Counted from the stretch's first letter, positions 1-13,245 are shown. The stretch is 64,000 bases of DNA from Octopus vulgaris (GCA_951406725.2 OX597821.1:45322001-45386000), one strand, 5' to 3'. Program-made: numbers and translations. Notes: generated by a model not told the origin, from the letters alone.

Positions 1-156
1 TATATCGCCCCAAGTGCGAAACTGGTACTTAATTTATCGACCCCGAAAGGATGAAAGGCAAAGTTGACCTCGGCGGAATTTGAACTCAGAACGTAACGAC
101 AGACGAAATACCGCTAAGCATTTCGCCCGGCGCGCTAACGTGTCTGCCAGCTCGCC
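1..156 (-). mobile_element. tRNA-derived SINE, family B (Meta-domain-like); 3' end runs off the window
   Basis: Reverse complement reads GGCGAGCTGGCAG...GAGTTCAAATTCC (A/B-box-like head), then GCCTTTCATCCTTTCGGGGTCGATAAATTAAGTACC. Matches copies at 29849 and 43337. Confidence 0.85.
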
Positions 157-159
157 ATA

Positions 160-436
160 TGCCATATACCAAAGGAGGAAACATGTTTAGGAAGAAATGG
201 GTATTTTCGAAAAACACGCAACCTTTTTCATGCAGAATTTAAGCGAGCTGCTGGAAAACGTGAGGCCAGTGTAGTGAATGGCGTAAGCTTGGCCTGCAAT
301 ATCTGCAGACGTGTATCATTATGAAGAGCTGGGCTCATTAGTCTCCAGTGGGGCCACAGGCGTCAAGTATAATTTTGCACAATGTTTTTAATGATCAGTG
401 GTGGTCTTCGTCGGTCACGAATGGATAGCCATCATA
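160..436 (+). mobile_element. RTE-clade LINE 3' end (decayed)
   Basis: Translates to ...LACNICRRVSL*RAGLISLQWGH, like the C-x2-C-x-R...GL-x-SH C-terminus of RTE ORFs. It is followed by an RTE-like tail GGTCTTCGTCGGTCACGAATGGATAGCCATCAT. Confidence 0.6.
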
Positions 437-539
437 TAGTACACACAAACACACACCCACACACACATATACACACACTCACACGCATGTGTGTATATAT
501 ACACACGTATATAATGTATATAAAGTACATATGTGCATA

Positions 540-740
<201 letters not shown>

Positions 741-741
741 A

Positions 742-910
742 GGCGTAGGAGTGGCTGTGTGGTAAGTAGCTTACTTACCAACCACATGGTTTCGGGTTCA
801 GTCCCACTGCGTGGCACCTTGGACAAGTGTCTTCTACTATAGCCTCGGGCCGATCAAAGACTTGTGAGTGGATTTGGTAAACCGAAACTGAAATAAACCC
901 GTCGTATATA

Positions 911-962
<52 letters not shown>

Positions 963-1168
963 TATGTTTGTGTTTCTTCCCCCAACATCGCTTGACAACC
1001 GATGCTGGTGTGTTTACATCCCCGAAACTTAGCGGTTTGGCAACAGAGACCGATAGAATAAGTACTAGGCTTACAAAGAATAAATCATGGGGTCGATTTG
1101 CTCGACTAAATGCGGTGCTCCGGCATGGCCACAGTCAGATGACTGAAACAAGTAAAAGAGTAAAAGAA
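742..1168 (+). mobile_element. tRNA-derived SINE, family A (CORE-like), full length, with internal (TA)/(TG) tract
   Basis: Head GGCGTAGGAGTGGCTGTGTGGTAAG...GGTTCAGTCCC, then ACCTTGGACAAGTG, tail GACTGAAACAAGTAAAAGAG. Near-identical to 62484-62893 and 33163-33558. Confidence 0.9.
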
Positions 1169-1177
1169 ATATATGTA

Positions 1178-1223
<46 letters not shown>

Positions 1224-1553
1224 ATTTACTCATACATATATACATGTATATATGATGTCTTCAAGTGTGGCCTATGCATACACATGTAAATGGCGCCGCA
1301 ATGTCGTAACTGTGACGTAAGATAGATTTACTCAATAAGGATTGAGTAAAATTGCTCTTGTTTGCACGCAGCTTAAACCAAATTTTATTCTGGTTTCATA
1401 GTTATTCCGTTCTTTCTAATAAAAGCATTTCCTTTGCCAGTTTTCTTTAACATTAAAAAGTGCTGTGTAACTGTGGTTGATTTTGGCAACTTTAAATATA
1501 TGAAGGAAAACACTGGAAAAAAAATAAAAAAGAGAAATTAATCAGAGCGGTAA

Positions 1554-1584
<31 letters not shown>

Positions 1585-1852
1585 AGGAGAGAGAGAGGGG
1601 GAAGGAAGAGGGAGAGAGAGAGAGATAAAGATAAACAAGGTCAAAGTTTCTTGTTTATAATGAGAAGCCAGAACAATATTGTTAGTGTTCAATGTGATTC
1701 TAATCACAAATCATTGACGCGTTGCGCATGTCTTTTCCATTCACATGCGTTCATTGAGGGAACAATTGTAAAAGACTCGGCATCAATATGTTTGGAGAAA
1801 AAAAACTGAGCCGTCAATGATGCTTAAGGTAGCACTGGTGAAGGGAATCGGT

Positions 1853-2610
1853 AGTGGTGGTGGTGGAGGTGGTGGTGATGATGCCTGGGATGACGGGGAG
1901 GGTCTTAGTGGTGATGGCAGTGTTGAGAGTGGTGGTGGGTTTTGACAATGATGGTGGTGGTGGTAGTGGGGATGTTGCTAGTGGGGATGTTAGTAGAGGG
2001 GTTGTAGGTGGAGGGGATGTAGGTGGAGGGGATGTAGGTGGAGGGGATGTAGGTGGAGGGGATGCTGGTGGAGGGGATGTTGGTGGAGGGGATGTAGGTG
2101 GAGGGGATGTAGGTGGAGGGAATGTTGGTGGTAGTAGGGATGGCGGTGGTGGGGATGTTGGGGGTAGTAGGGATGGCGGTGGTAATAAGGATGGAGGTGG
2201 TAGTGGTACTGGCAGTGGTTGGGATGGTGGTGGTGGGTATGATGGCAGTGGAGATAGTTAGTGGTGGTGGTGGTGTTGACGGTGATACTGGTAATGTTGT
2301 TGGTGGGGTGGTGTTAGAGACGACAGTGGTGATGTCGCTGAAGATAGTGATGTTGATGATAGTCATAGTAGCATTGGTGATGGTGGTGTTGGTGTTGCGA
2401 TAGTGATGACGATGGTATTATTAATAGGTTTTACTGTAGTGCTGGTGGTGACGATGATGTTGATGGTACAGTAACAATGGGGATGGTGTTCGCGTTGGTG
2501 ATGATGGTGATGGTGGTAGAAGTAATGGTGATGGTGATTGTGATAAAGGTGATGATAGTGATGGTAATAATGGTGAAGGCGGTGACTTTGGTGGTGTTGG
2601 TGGTGGAGGC
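1853..2610. repeat. G-rich (GGT/GAT)n low-complexity tract containing a 15-bp minisatellite (GTAGGTGGAGGGGAT)n at about 2004-2125
   Basis: Tandem units are directly visible. The Gly/Val/Thr ORFs here are repeat translations. Confidence 0.9.
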
Positions 2611-2846
2611 AGTGCTCAGGTACCAAATTATATAACAATAGAGTGTACAGTAGTCGACAGAGTGTTGTAGTTTAAAGAATTCTGTGTAGAACTGACGAAA
2701 TACAACAGTATGTGTGTGTATGTGTGTAAGTTTGTGTGTGTGTGTTTGCATGTGTGTGTGTGTGTGTGTGTATATATGTGTGTGTGTGTGTGCATGCGTG
2801 TGTATATATATATGTGTGTGTGTGTGTGTATATATGCGTGTGTGCT

Positions 2847-2913
<67 letters not shown>

Positions 2914-3442
2914 ATGTGTGTGTGCGCGTGTGCATGCGGCTGAGTGGTGTATGATAAAGATTCAAATGTAGTTGTATAGTAGTTCTATAGAATTGTCTCA
3001 TTCCTCTTGTTTTTCCCTTTCGAAACACTTTAGATTTTATCATCGTAAGTAAACTGCGTGTAGCTCTCCGATTTTATTGATTTTTGTTCTCTTTTAGATT
3101 TTGTGTTGCCGTTGAGAAAAGAACGAACCATTAAATATACAAATAAGTTTTCAAAATAATCTAGAAATTCATAGAAAGAAATTAGCTAAAGGGGGTTTAT
3201 TCTTTGTTTCAAGCTGAAACCAAAGATAACGTAATAACAGAAGAAAGGAAAAGAGTAGATCAGAGTCTAGGAATTATTGATGAGCCTGATTTTATCAAAT
3301 ATCGACAGGTAATAATATGATATACACATATACACATACACGTATACATACATTCAAGCACGCATATTCATACATACATACATACATACATACATACATA
3401 CATACATACATACATACATACATACATACATACATACACACA

Positions 3443-3498
<56 letters not shown>

Positions 3499-3704
3499 TA
3501 TATATATCCCACATATATACATGCATACACTCAGATTTACATACAAACATAAATGCATGCATGCGTACGTACTTGCATAAATGCATGCATACATAAATTT
3601 ATATGCGTGTGTGTTTGTTTATGTATGTGTGCATATTAATAAATAAAAGAATAAACAACGTATACATGCATACATATATACATACACATATATATATATG
3701 AATA

Positions 3705-3740
<36 letters not shown>

Positions 3741-3742
3741 TA

Positions 3743-3811
<69 letters not shown>

Positions 3812-3818
3812 GAATATG

Positions 3819-3854
<36 letters not shown>

Positions 3855-6058
3855 CACACATATACACCTGTTTGTCCTTGTATATATATACATAAATATA
3901 TATAGTTCTTTTTTCTTTCACTTTTTGCAGTCATTAGACTGTGTGCCAAGCTGATGCACATGACATAATTGGAAGAGAACTTTTACGTACACTCACATCG
4001 ATAGATACATACATGCATACCTAAATACATACACACTCACATATGTACATACATATATGCATACAAACATGTATACATACAAATATAATATACATGCAAA
4101 GATGTATTTGTATACATGAACATATGCGTGTACCTCCATACGTACTTTTTTAAAGCATTTTATAAATGTATTGATTAGAATATGCTATTTATATCTCTGA
4201 CATCGATAAACTAACTACCTTGTATACATTAGGGAGTGACTTGCAATTATATCCTTCCTAAATACGAAATATCGTGGGGCCTGAGAAGGAAATTATATCT
4301 TTTGTATTTTGTATAGCGGATTGCATTTCGTTATTGATGTGAAAGTACAGCGGTATTGTTGTCAGGATCATTTCAACATGAATAGAAGGCAATTTCAAAG
4401 AATGGTGTGCGCAACTTGTTCAATGCAATACACAGCTTACTCAGATATTCTCGCCTCATTTTGTAATTCATAAATACACACACACACATGATGACTACAC
4501 ATTTACATCATAGAAATACACACTCACATACTCACAAATCCCAGACACACTTGGTTGTACGTCTCAAGAAGTTCTAAAAAGTTTGCTTCGCAACTATATG
4601 GTGCTATGTTCGACTCGACTTTGCAGCACCACATACAAATGTCATGCTATAGGATTGAATTTGGTTAATAAATTGTGTGAAACTTGGTAAATGGTAATGG
4701 TGAGAAAACTCATCGCGCACACACGTGCACACATAGTAAACCAATAAATGAACTGTAAATGCGTTGATTATAGTTTCAGTATTTTGACAACTCAGTGTTA
4801 GTTAATAGCTATCTAACGCTCTCCATTTAAGAAAACAAAAACTTTAGCAAAGTTGGTGAGACATCTTTATTAAGTGTAACTCTTAAGTTGGTTGAAAGAC
4901 GTAATTTATCCCTTGTCTCTAAATATGGGATTCTCATAGGCATCACCTCAAGTCACCAGCAAGCGTACATGGGCAGCTTTACTGAATTCACTAGAGAACA
5001 GAAGTGTGACATCGCCCATGGTGTTAATGTTAATTCCGAAATCTTGTAATATGTGATCGAGAGCCTAACATGCAAGTCTATAAAGTATTGTACACTTATA
5101 CTTTCAGTCTAGCCTGTTTCCGAACCTCTTCCTATACAATATCAATATTGCACAAAGGAAAGCGTTGTTGTAAGACTGATTGGCAATTTAAAAGCATAAT
5201 GAGCTGCCTGGCCACCTATGATATAATTTTCAGTAATTAATTGCAGATGAGGCCACTGCAGTATCAATTTGCTCCAGTGAACGAACTTCTCAAAATTAAG
5301 CTGATCAAAAAACGGCTTTTTCCTCCTTCACTTGCTCCACCAGAAACAATAAGAAAAAACTATTCTTCTCGGGTTAGGTGTCATCATCTGTTTTATCTTT
5401 GTATAAGCTTTTTTTTTAATATATGGAACTGAAAGATTATTTTGGTGGACATACAGTTTCGAGTGTTGAATGTCATAGCTGGTTGCCTAAAGAAGTTCTC
5501 GACAATGTTACAGGTGCAGCTCATACTGGAGTTCGCATGATACATGACGGTCATGAGCTGTACAAGGTTTTCAATGATGATCAGTGTTTTTTGGCTGTAC
5601 ATGGCAGAAGTAGGTTTTTAATTGTTGTGCTAAATACTGCTTGCCTTCCGATTTACTATTATGCCAACGTTACTGAGGATCGAATAGCGAAGGGACACAA
5701 TAAAGAGGTTCATCATCTTGCTGAAAACTGCAACCTTTTCTAATTTCCTTCATCTTCCAAGATGTTTCTCTTGCAGCTTTCGCAGTATGACGCGCATAAA
5801 TATCGAGCAACTGGTCTGAGGTCTTAGGACTGAGGTTAGACCAGGAACATTATGTAGGATCTGATATGAAAAGGAGTTATTAAAATTCCTTATTAAAAAA
5901 AGTCTATTTCCAAAGTGTTAATAGGCTTGAAATGCCATAAAAAAAAAAGAAACTATTTTTTTTAATCGTTCATTATTTCATGTTTGAATTTGTTTATACT
6001 TTCAAAATACTCAGAGATTATGCTCTGAATCGGACAGTCATCAACAACAACAAAAAAA

Positions 6059-6132
<74 letters not shown>

Positions 6133-6351
6133 TATAAACTTGGTGTGACAGAGCATCAAATCTGGATACTTTTATAGATATAACTAATTTTATGAGTGAA
6201 ACGATGAAAAAATAAATTATTTTATTTTTATAACCGTGTACTATTAAAAAAAATTGACTTTTGAATATGGAATATTAACAACGACAGCGTTCCAGTGCAC
6301 ATACATACACATATTATATTACACACACATACACATATACACACATACTTT

Positions 6352-6655
6352 ATCTTTTACTTGATTTTGTTATTGACCTGTGGCCATGTTGAGGCACCAC
6401 CTTGAAGGGTTTTAGTACTTATCTTCAGTCTCCTACTTATTCTAAGTTCTATTTTATTGAACCGTTAATTTACGGGAAAGTAGATAAACCAACACCGGTT
6501 GTCAGACGGTGGAGAGAGACAGACACAACGACAGACCCTTATGCATATATATACACATATATACACACTACGGCTTCAACACAATTTCCTTTTACGAAAT
6601 TCATTCATAAAGCATTAGTCATCACAGGGCTGTAGTAGAAGATATTTACGCAGGG
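6352..6655 (-). mobile_element. Family A SINE, old degenerate copy
   Basis: Matches the reverse complement of the family A body (GGCCATGTTGAGGCACCACC, ACACCGGTTGTCA, CTGTAGTAGAAGA). Confidence 0.65.
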
Positions 6656-7020
6656 TGAATATGTGTGTGTGTGTGAGAGGGAGAGAGAGGGAGAAAGAAA
6701 GAGAGAGAAAGAGAGAGTGAGAAAGAGAGAGAGAGAGAGAACGATTAAGGAAGATCTGAAAGAGAAATTTACATAAAACACTGATTATGCTTCTCTAGCA
6801 CTCATACTCAACTTCTACGCCATTACAGCTTTCAGCTTCTTTACATCCTACATGTCTTTTTTTTTAATCCTCCATGTTTTTCTGTACGGGGAAATCGGAA
6901 TCGGAATATATTTACCAAATATGTCAGAGATGCATTATTCTGGGTTGCATCTCCGACACATTTGGTAAAGCTTCTTTGAAGGATAGCAGCGATGTTTCAA
7001 GACGGACACACATATATAGC

Positions 7021-7322
7021 TGGCACTCAGTAGGTTACGATGACAAAGATTTCAATGGAACAGTCTGCTGCTCGTGAAATTAACGTACAAGTGGCTGAGC
7101 ACTCCTCAAGCACGCATACACTTCCCGTAGTTCTGAGGAAGATTCAACGTGATATAGGATGTGACAAGGCTGGCCCTTTGAATTACAAATGTAACTCATT
7201 TTTGCCGGTTGAGTGAACTGGAGAAACGTGAAATAAAGTGTCTTGCTCAAGGGTATAACACGTCGCTGGGAATTGAACTCACGACCATACGACCATGAGC
7301 TGATTAGCCTAACCACCAACCC
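7021..7322 (-). mobile_element. tRNA-derived SINE, family C (CORE/V-like centre)
   Basis: Reverse complement has the B box GAGTTCAATTCCC followed by CCTTGAGCAAGACACTTTATTTCAC. A decayed 3' part also occurs near 41600-41715. Confidence 0.7.
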
Positions 7323-7329
7323 AAGTATC

Positions 7330-7388
<59 letters not shown>

Positions 7389-7418
7389 GTATACACATAT
7401 ATAAATATACATATATAT

Positions 7419-7475
7419 AAGGGGGTGATGAAAAGTTCCTGGCTTTAAGAGTGTCGTGAAAGGCCTGGCTGGAGG
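7419..7475 (+). mobile_element. Isolated mariner-like terminal inverted repeat
   Basis: TA|AGGGGGTGATGAAAAGTTCCTGGCT resembles the complement of the mariner end at 30560-30590 (AGCCTATGAACTTTTCAGC). Confidence 0.45.
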
Positions 7476-7494
7476 GCTTAGAAAAACTGCAATA

Positions 7495-7752
7495 AGTGTG
7501 TGAATCTGAGAGGGTTTTATGCTTCCGTGAAGAAACATCTACGGAAATGCCAGACCCGGAAATTCACAGTGAACATAAAGGTAACACAGCGGAACAGGGG
7601 CAACCTTAGAATCTCTGAGGCCATCCTCATGCACCAAAGAAACCCAAGATCAACAATAGAAGGGATTTACAGGAAGCTAGCTTCGCATTGTTTTGGCCTT
7701 ACCCACGATCTTTTATACAATATATTCTACACAATGCTTCATAGTAATTATT

Positions 7753-7757
<5 letters not shown>
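7495..7757 (+). mobile_element. Penelope-like element 3' end (C-terminus of GIY-YIG endonuclease plus UTR), ending in (TA)n
   Basis: ORF 7500 contains ASVKKHLRKCQTRKFTVNIK...NLRISEAILMHQRNP, fitting the S-x3-H...L-x-I-x-EA-x2-I-x4-P pattern at the end of PLE GIY-YIG domains. A homologous inverted copy lies at 9997-10340. Confidence 0.65.
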
Positions 7758-7789
<32 letters not shown>

Positions 7790-8744
7790 TGCGCATATAT
7801 TTGTATACATATATGAATACGTATATATTTTTATGCAAATATGCATACATATATAAATATAACCATATTATACATACATAAGGAAAGAGAGTGAGAGAGA
7901 GAGAAAGCAAGAGATAGGGTGAGAAAGAAAGAGAGAGAGAGAGAAGGAGAAGAGAGAGAGGGAGGGAGAGAGAGAGAGTATAGTATAGTGTCGTATATCC
8001 CATTTAAACGAAACTGGAAACTAGAAATCTATTTTTTGTAATTGTTTGTCAAATTAACTTTCATTTCAAACTTTTACTTGACGTTTGGCATTATTTACTC
8101 ACTAAAACCAACTTCATTATTTTCCAACGTTATTTGAAATATGCGTTCGTCAATTAAGGCGAATAAAATGTCAAGAATAAATAAAAAAGCTTAGATTATG
8201 ATATATAGCTCAGTTAGGAAAAAGGTTATCGCTATGTTTGTTATAAACAGCATGAGCAGTCCAAATCACCAAACGCCATATGTTAAATATCCACAGTTGT
8301 CACAATAATCAATGATACGTCGTAAATATCTATCAGAAGTTGTGGGAAAAGGAAGAAAGAATGAAAGGACGAAAGTAAGAAAGGAAAATGAAAGAAAAGA
8401 AGACAGAAGGAATGGAAGAAATAAAATAGGTTTGACTCTGCTGCAAGAGACAAATTTATTAGTCCTGATTCATAAAAAAACCGCTAATTAAAAGTGTATT
8501 TAATTGAACCAGAACTGGATGTTTCTATAGTATTTTAAGTAACTGACACAGTTTGGTGGAGACTAAATAGAAAAATAAGGATTTGATGACGAAAGAGAAG
8601 CCAAGAAACGACCAAAAGAAAGAGATAGAATTAAAAAGAGTGAGTCAATTTGTAAATATAAGAAACAGACACAAGAGTATGATATAGTTAAATTTGAGAA
8701 AGGTGTGGATGCCTTATATTCGAGTGATTCCTGTGGGTAATTTC

Positions 8745-8940
8745 GTTGTTGTTTAACCTAGGTTAGCCTTAATCAAGCAGATATTTGGATAAAAGCATTC
8801 TAGTTATGACCAATTCACTTTTTTCAGGTACAGAATTGCATCATTTGATATATATTCTCTCGTCATTAGAATACTTTGTGATTTGAGGGGAAATTGACAG
8901 CTATTTATTGCAGCTCAAGCATTCACGAAATGTACTCTCA
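8745..8940 (-). mobile_element. Old (CAA)n-tailed retroposon, family D; further copies at about 15285-15425(-), 17575-17750(+), 17765-17930(+), 21578-21770(-), 29655-29730(+), 37590-37742(+), 59950-60240(+)
   Basis: Shared blocks CTAGAAATAGC..AAAT.T.CCTCAAATCAC, GG..TGG.CACAG.TGGAATGCC and GACCTGGGG.TAAAC, ending in AACAACAAC. Confidence 0.55.
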
Positions 8941-9420
8941 AAGAAACAGTGCAGTGAATCTGTAGTTTTTATAAATAACAGAGACTATTAAAACAACAGT
9001 TGTGTCAAAGCTTTCTACAGTGACATATCACCGCGTCTGGTTTGCAGTCAATTGCATTTCTGTTTGGTTTGTCATCAAATACAATCCAGAACCCATTTCT
9101 AGGCTGTGAAGAGAGAAATATTTTGCGAAGAAAATGACGAGTGGGCAGCTACATTTGTGGTAAAGAGAGAACAAAGCTGGACAAAGACATGAAGGACGAA
9201 ACGTAACTAATATGAGAGAGCAAGATTGGTAATGACATTTTCAAAACGGAGCTTACAATGTCTTATATATACACATGGACATATACCTACGATCACATTT
9301 ACATCGATAGATAGACAGACCGGCAGATAGACAAACAGACAGACAAACACATTGATAGAAAGATACATACTTACACACAGGCATATCAGCGAGAGAGTCC
9401 GTTTTATATATATATATATG

Positions 9421-9469
<49 letters not shown>

Positions 9470-9519
9470 TGGCAGAGATATCCCATCTTGCTCGGGATTA
9501 AAATGGCATAGTTCTTTAA

Positions 9520-9733
9520 TTGTTTTACTGGTTTCAGTCATGTGACTGCGGCCATGCTGGAGCACTGCCGATGGTCGAACAAACTGAACAAAAGATTTAT
9601 TCTTTGTAAGCTTAGTACTTATTCTATCAATGCTTTTTGCCGAACCGCCAAGTTATGGGAACGTAAACATAGAAACATGTTGTCACGCAATGGTGGGGGT
9701 ACGACCACAGACACAGACAGACACACAGACACA

Positions 9734-9782
<49 letters not shown>

Positions 9783-9875
9783 ACACACACAAATATACAC
9801 ATATATACGATAGTCTTCTTTCAGCTTCCGTGTACGAAGTTCACTCACGAGGTTTTGGTCGGCCTGAGGCTATAA
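9520..9875 (-). mobile_element. Family A SINE, 5'-truncated
   Basis: GTTTCAGTCATGTGACTGCGGCCATGCTGGAGCAC...GGTCGGCCTGAGGCTATA is the reverse complement of the family A body. Confidence 0.8.
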
Positions 9876-9920
9876 TATATATATATATATGTATGTATGG
9901 CTATATATATTCATGTATAT

Positions 9921-9979
<59 letters not shown>

Positions 9980-9996
9980 ATTATGTATGTATATAC

Positions 9997-10340
9997 ATAT
10001 GGAATAATTACTATGAACCATTGTGTAAAATATTTTGTATAAAGGATCGTGGGTAAGGCCAGAAAAATTCGAAGTAAATGCAAGGTAAATCTCAAGAAAA
10101 CAAATATATGAATTAATGTAAACTTACCTTATATTCAATATTTCGGGGTTATGACCCAATTTTCAAGAAATAGATGAATGTTGCCGATGTGCGTGTTTGA
10201 GGGCGTGTGTGGAGTATACATGCACAGAAAGTAGTGTACATGTTGCTAGAGCAACCAGCTAGCTTCTTGTAACTTTTCTGTTGTTAATATTTGGTTTTCT
10301 TTGGGCATGAGAATGCCCTCAGAAATTCTAAGGTTTAGAA
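9997..10340 (-). mobile_element. Penelope-like element 3' end, same family as 7495-7757, with a longer UTR and a possible decayed hammerhead
   Basis: Both ends align to 7600-7757. Reverse complement of about 10128-10168 reads CTTGAAAA-TTGGG-TCATAA-CCCC-GAAA. Confidence 0.65.
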
Positions 10341-10426
10341 TTCTATATATATACAAAGGTATAAATATGTACTTTCATACATACATACATACATACATAC
10401 ATACATACATACATACATACATACAT

Positions 10427-10511
<85 letters not shown>

Positions 10512-10519
<8 letters not shown>

Positions 10520-11369
10520 CAACAATTGAGGGTAAAATTAATTAATTATTAATCAATTTCACCAAGTGTTCAGTATGCAAAGGGACCATTTAAGGCGAAT
10601 TCAAGTTATTACATTATATAAAAGGGCTTAGTAAAATACGTACTCAAATAACCTTAGCATTTGATTTTTAATGTCCTTACCCCCAAACTTTTGTGAGTTA
10701 AATTAAGCAAACGCTATATATGAGAGAGATTTTCTTTAAGTATTAGAAATAGCTTTAAAAAAAGTTTTTAGCTGCTATTTCTAATGAGTTCAGTATGCGG
10801 CGAAGTAATTTATTTTACTAAGCCCTTTTATATAATGTAATAATTTGAATTCGCCTTAAATGGTCCCTTTGCATACTGAACACTTGGTGAAATTGATTAA
10901 TAATTAATTAATTTTACCCTCAATTGTTGAAATTATAATTAATCTCCCTCTAATTATTGCTTCGGATTTTACCGAAATAAGCATAGCGTTTGATGATTTT
11001 AACCCACGCTGGTGGAAAGGGGAGAACAGAAATGATTCACTTGCTTATTTGGGTTTGCTGGCACTGTTAGTTAAGAGCGGATCTTCGAAAGGGTATGTTC
11101 TTACTTTCAGTGTTTCCAAATCCAAACCAAGGAATTTATGAGCTGAAGAGAGAAATGTTGTTTTGACTAATCTTGAAACGTACGTACTCAAATAACCTTA
11201 GCATTTGATTTTTAATGTCCTTACCCCCAAACTTTTGTGAGTTAAATTAAGCAAACGCTATATATGAGAGAGATTTTCTTTAAGTATTAGAAATAGCTTT
11301 AAAAAAAGTTTTTTAGCTGCTATTTCTAATGAGTTCAGTATGCGGCGAAGTAATTTATTTTACTAAGCC

Positions 11370-11376
<7 letters not shown>
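10512..11376 (+). mobile_element. Hammerhead-bearing non-coding fold-back retroelement, family HA: 127-bp inverted arm plus 1.36 tandem units of 544 bp, in (TA)n
   Basis: 10512-10638 is the reverse complement of 10811-10937 (one mismatch). 10637-10831 repeats directly at 11181-11376. (TA)n lies on both sides. Confidence 0.85.
11129..11199 (+). ncRNA. Type I hammerhead ribozyme
   Basis: AAGG-AATTTA-TGAG [CTGAAGA 11143-49] GAGA..TCTT [GAAA 11175-78] CGTACG TA^ CTCA-AATAA-CCTT. Helix III is short and palindromic; predicted GUA cut after 11186. Confidence 0.8.
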
Positions 11377-11433
<57 letters not shown>

Positions 11434-13245
11434 AACGGATATAAATACACAGTTAAAATAATAGAAGTGAAAGTTAATATATATACAAAATGAAAGTAAT
11501 AATAATGAAACCTATTAAAAGTGAAAGTATTTTCTCACATTACAATGGAGATGTTATTGTTTCACTTTTGACACGTAATACTGAAATAGTATAAGAGATA
11601 AGAGATTGCTCCGGGCTCGCATCAGGTAAGAAGTTGAAATTTTTTGAGCCTGTGACACTGCATGGACCCTAAGTAAGGCATGTGTAAAATTTGAATAAAA
11701 TCGGTTGGGTAGTTCTCGAATTTTAGTGATGCATACATACAGCAAAAAAAAACAAAAAAACGTAAAGACATATGTACCTAAAACTTTCCTTGTATCTACA
11801 AGTAACATATTATCGTTAAATTCTTTATGTCTAAAACATCAGATCTTTCGGATATTATAGTGCACTCGAAAACAAAATAACGTGAACACTCTCGTTTGTC
11901 CTACTTATCTGGATAATCCTAATCTCGGTGAGATTCAGAATAATGAAAACAGTTACACAGAGATCATATCATACACCCATAACTCAAGTTCTATCATCCT
12001 TCTCAGTGGTTATGAAATGAATTATAACAAAATTATGGAACATAATACAAAGATGATAATTCTGTATACCTAGTTAATAAATTAATGAAAGAAAGCAATG
12101 CAATAATTCTCATCCTAAAATACTTGAATTCAAACTCTTTACAATCTACAGAAAATAAAACTCTAAATTTAAAATAAAAAGTGAACAGGATGATAACGTA
12201 AGCAGTGATAATAATACTCTTAATATAGCAAAAACAAAGGTTAGACATGAAGGTCCAGACTCACACGAACGCGAGTCAATTCAACCAAATAACATCTTAA
12301 ATTGTGTCTAGAACGATTTTCATTTTTACCGTTGGAGTAACTGGTTAGTTCACAATGTTATCTACAGATGTAGTATTACTACATCAAACGAATACCAAGT
12401 ATTATATGGGACTAGATCCTTTACATGCTGTAACAAGTTACATACACACAGCCTTAGGAATATAAACTTAATCGATTAGTTAAGGGGATATTTAATCTTA
12501 ACAAAATAAAAAATACAAAATACGAACTACACTTCTTACACTGAAAACAAGAAAGATTGCAGATTTTGCTCTAATGAAACGTTACATATTTTATTAGGTA
12601 ACAATTAATTACTTAATCTAAGACAGGAATGCTTCTTCTCATGCAAGCATAAAATTTTAAAGTCATTTAAATTTCATAATACAATTCTGCCTTGGTAAAA
12701 TAATAAACTGTAGTGGAGTACAATCTTTCGGTTGACTCGAGGGTTATTGCATAAAACATAGTAAGATATATCTCTACTATAAGAATATAAACAGGACTTT
12801 AAAATGACTTAATCCTCACTATATAAGAAAATGATACTTATACCTGTAAATTTTTTTATGATTATGAGTGTAAACGGGTGTGTATGCGTGTGAGTACTGT
12901 GTCGAGTCTTTGGACTTATAAGGTTACCCACTTTTTATGGTGTATAAGCGATCGAAATCACATGATGTCATCTGAATGGGATGCCAGTTTGTCGCAGGGT
13001 TATTCATTTACTGCAGTAGCATCTGATGTTAGCAAATAATAATGGAGAGAATTGTGAACTTTTTCTGTCATTTCAATGTTATAATGCAATCATCCACGAA
13101 ACGATTACTGCATAACATACAAGCATTCGCTCGTGAAACACGCGTAAAGACTATGGAATTTATGATGTTATAAGAAAAAACTTAAACCAACTCTCTTATT
13201 CAATTCGTGTATCTGTGTGTGTGTGTGTGTGTGTACATATATATG

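Noticed and set aside
742-815. SINE heads as tRNA genes
   Set aside because: A/B-box-like motifs are present, but I see no full cloverleaf, and the head continues into a SINE body.
1854-2638. Gly/Val-rich and Thr/Pro-rich ORFs resembling a structural protein or mucin
   Set aside because: Several frames on both strands are open because of the GGT repeat. There is no unique coding flank.
5241-5800. 106-aa ORF at 5423-5743 and a faint minus-strand RKGCSFQQDDEP (mariner-like) motif
   Set aside because: No recognisable domain. The mariner similarity is one short motif without the downstream SPDLAP motif or TIRs. It may be an eroded TE, but I cannot call it.
11660-11760. Helitron-like subterminal motif (AAATTTGAATAAAATCGGTTGGGTAGTT)
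   Set aside because: No TC or CTAG termini and no second copy found.
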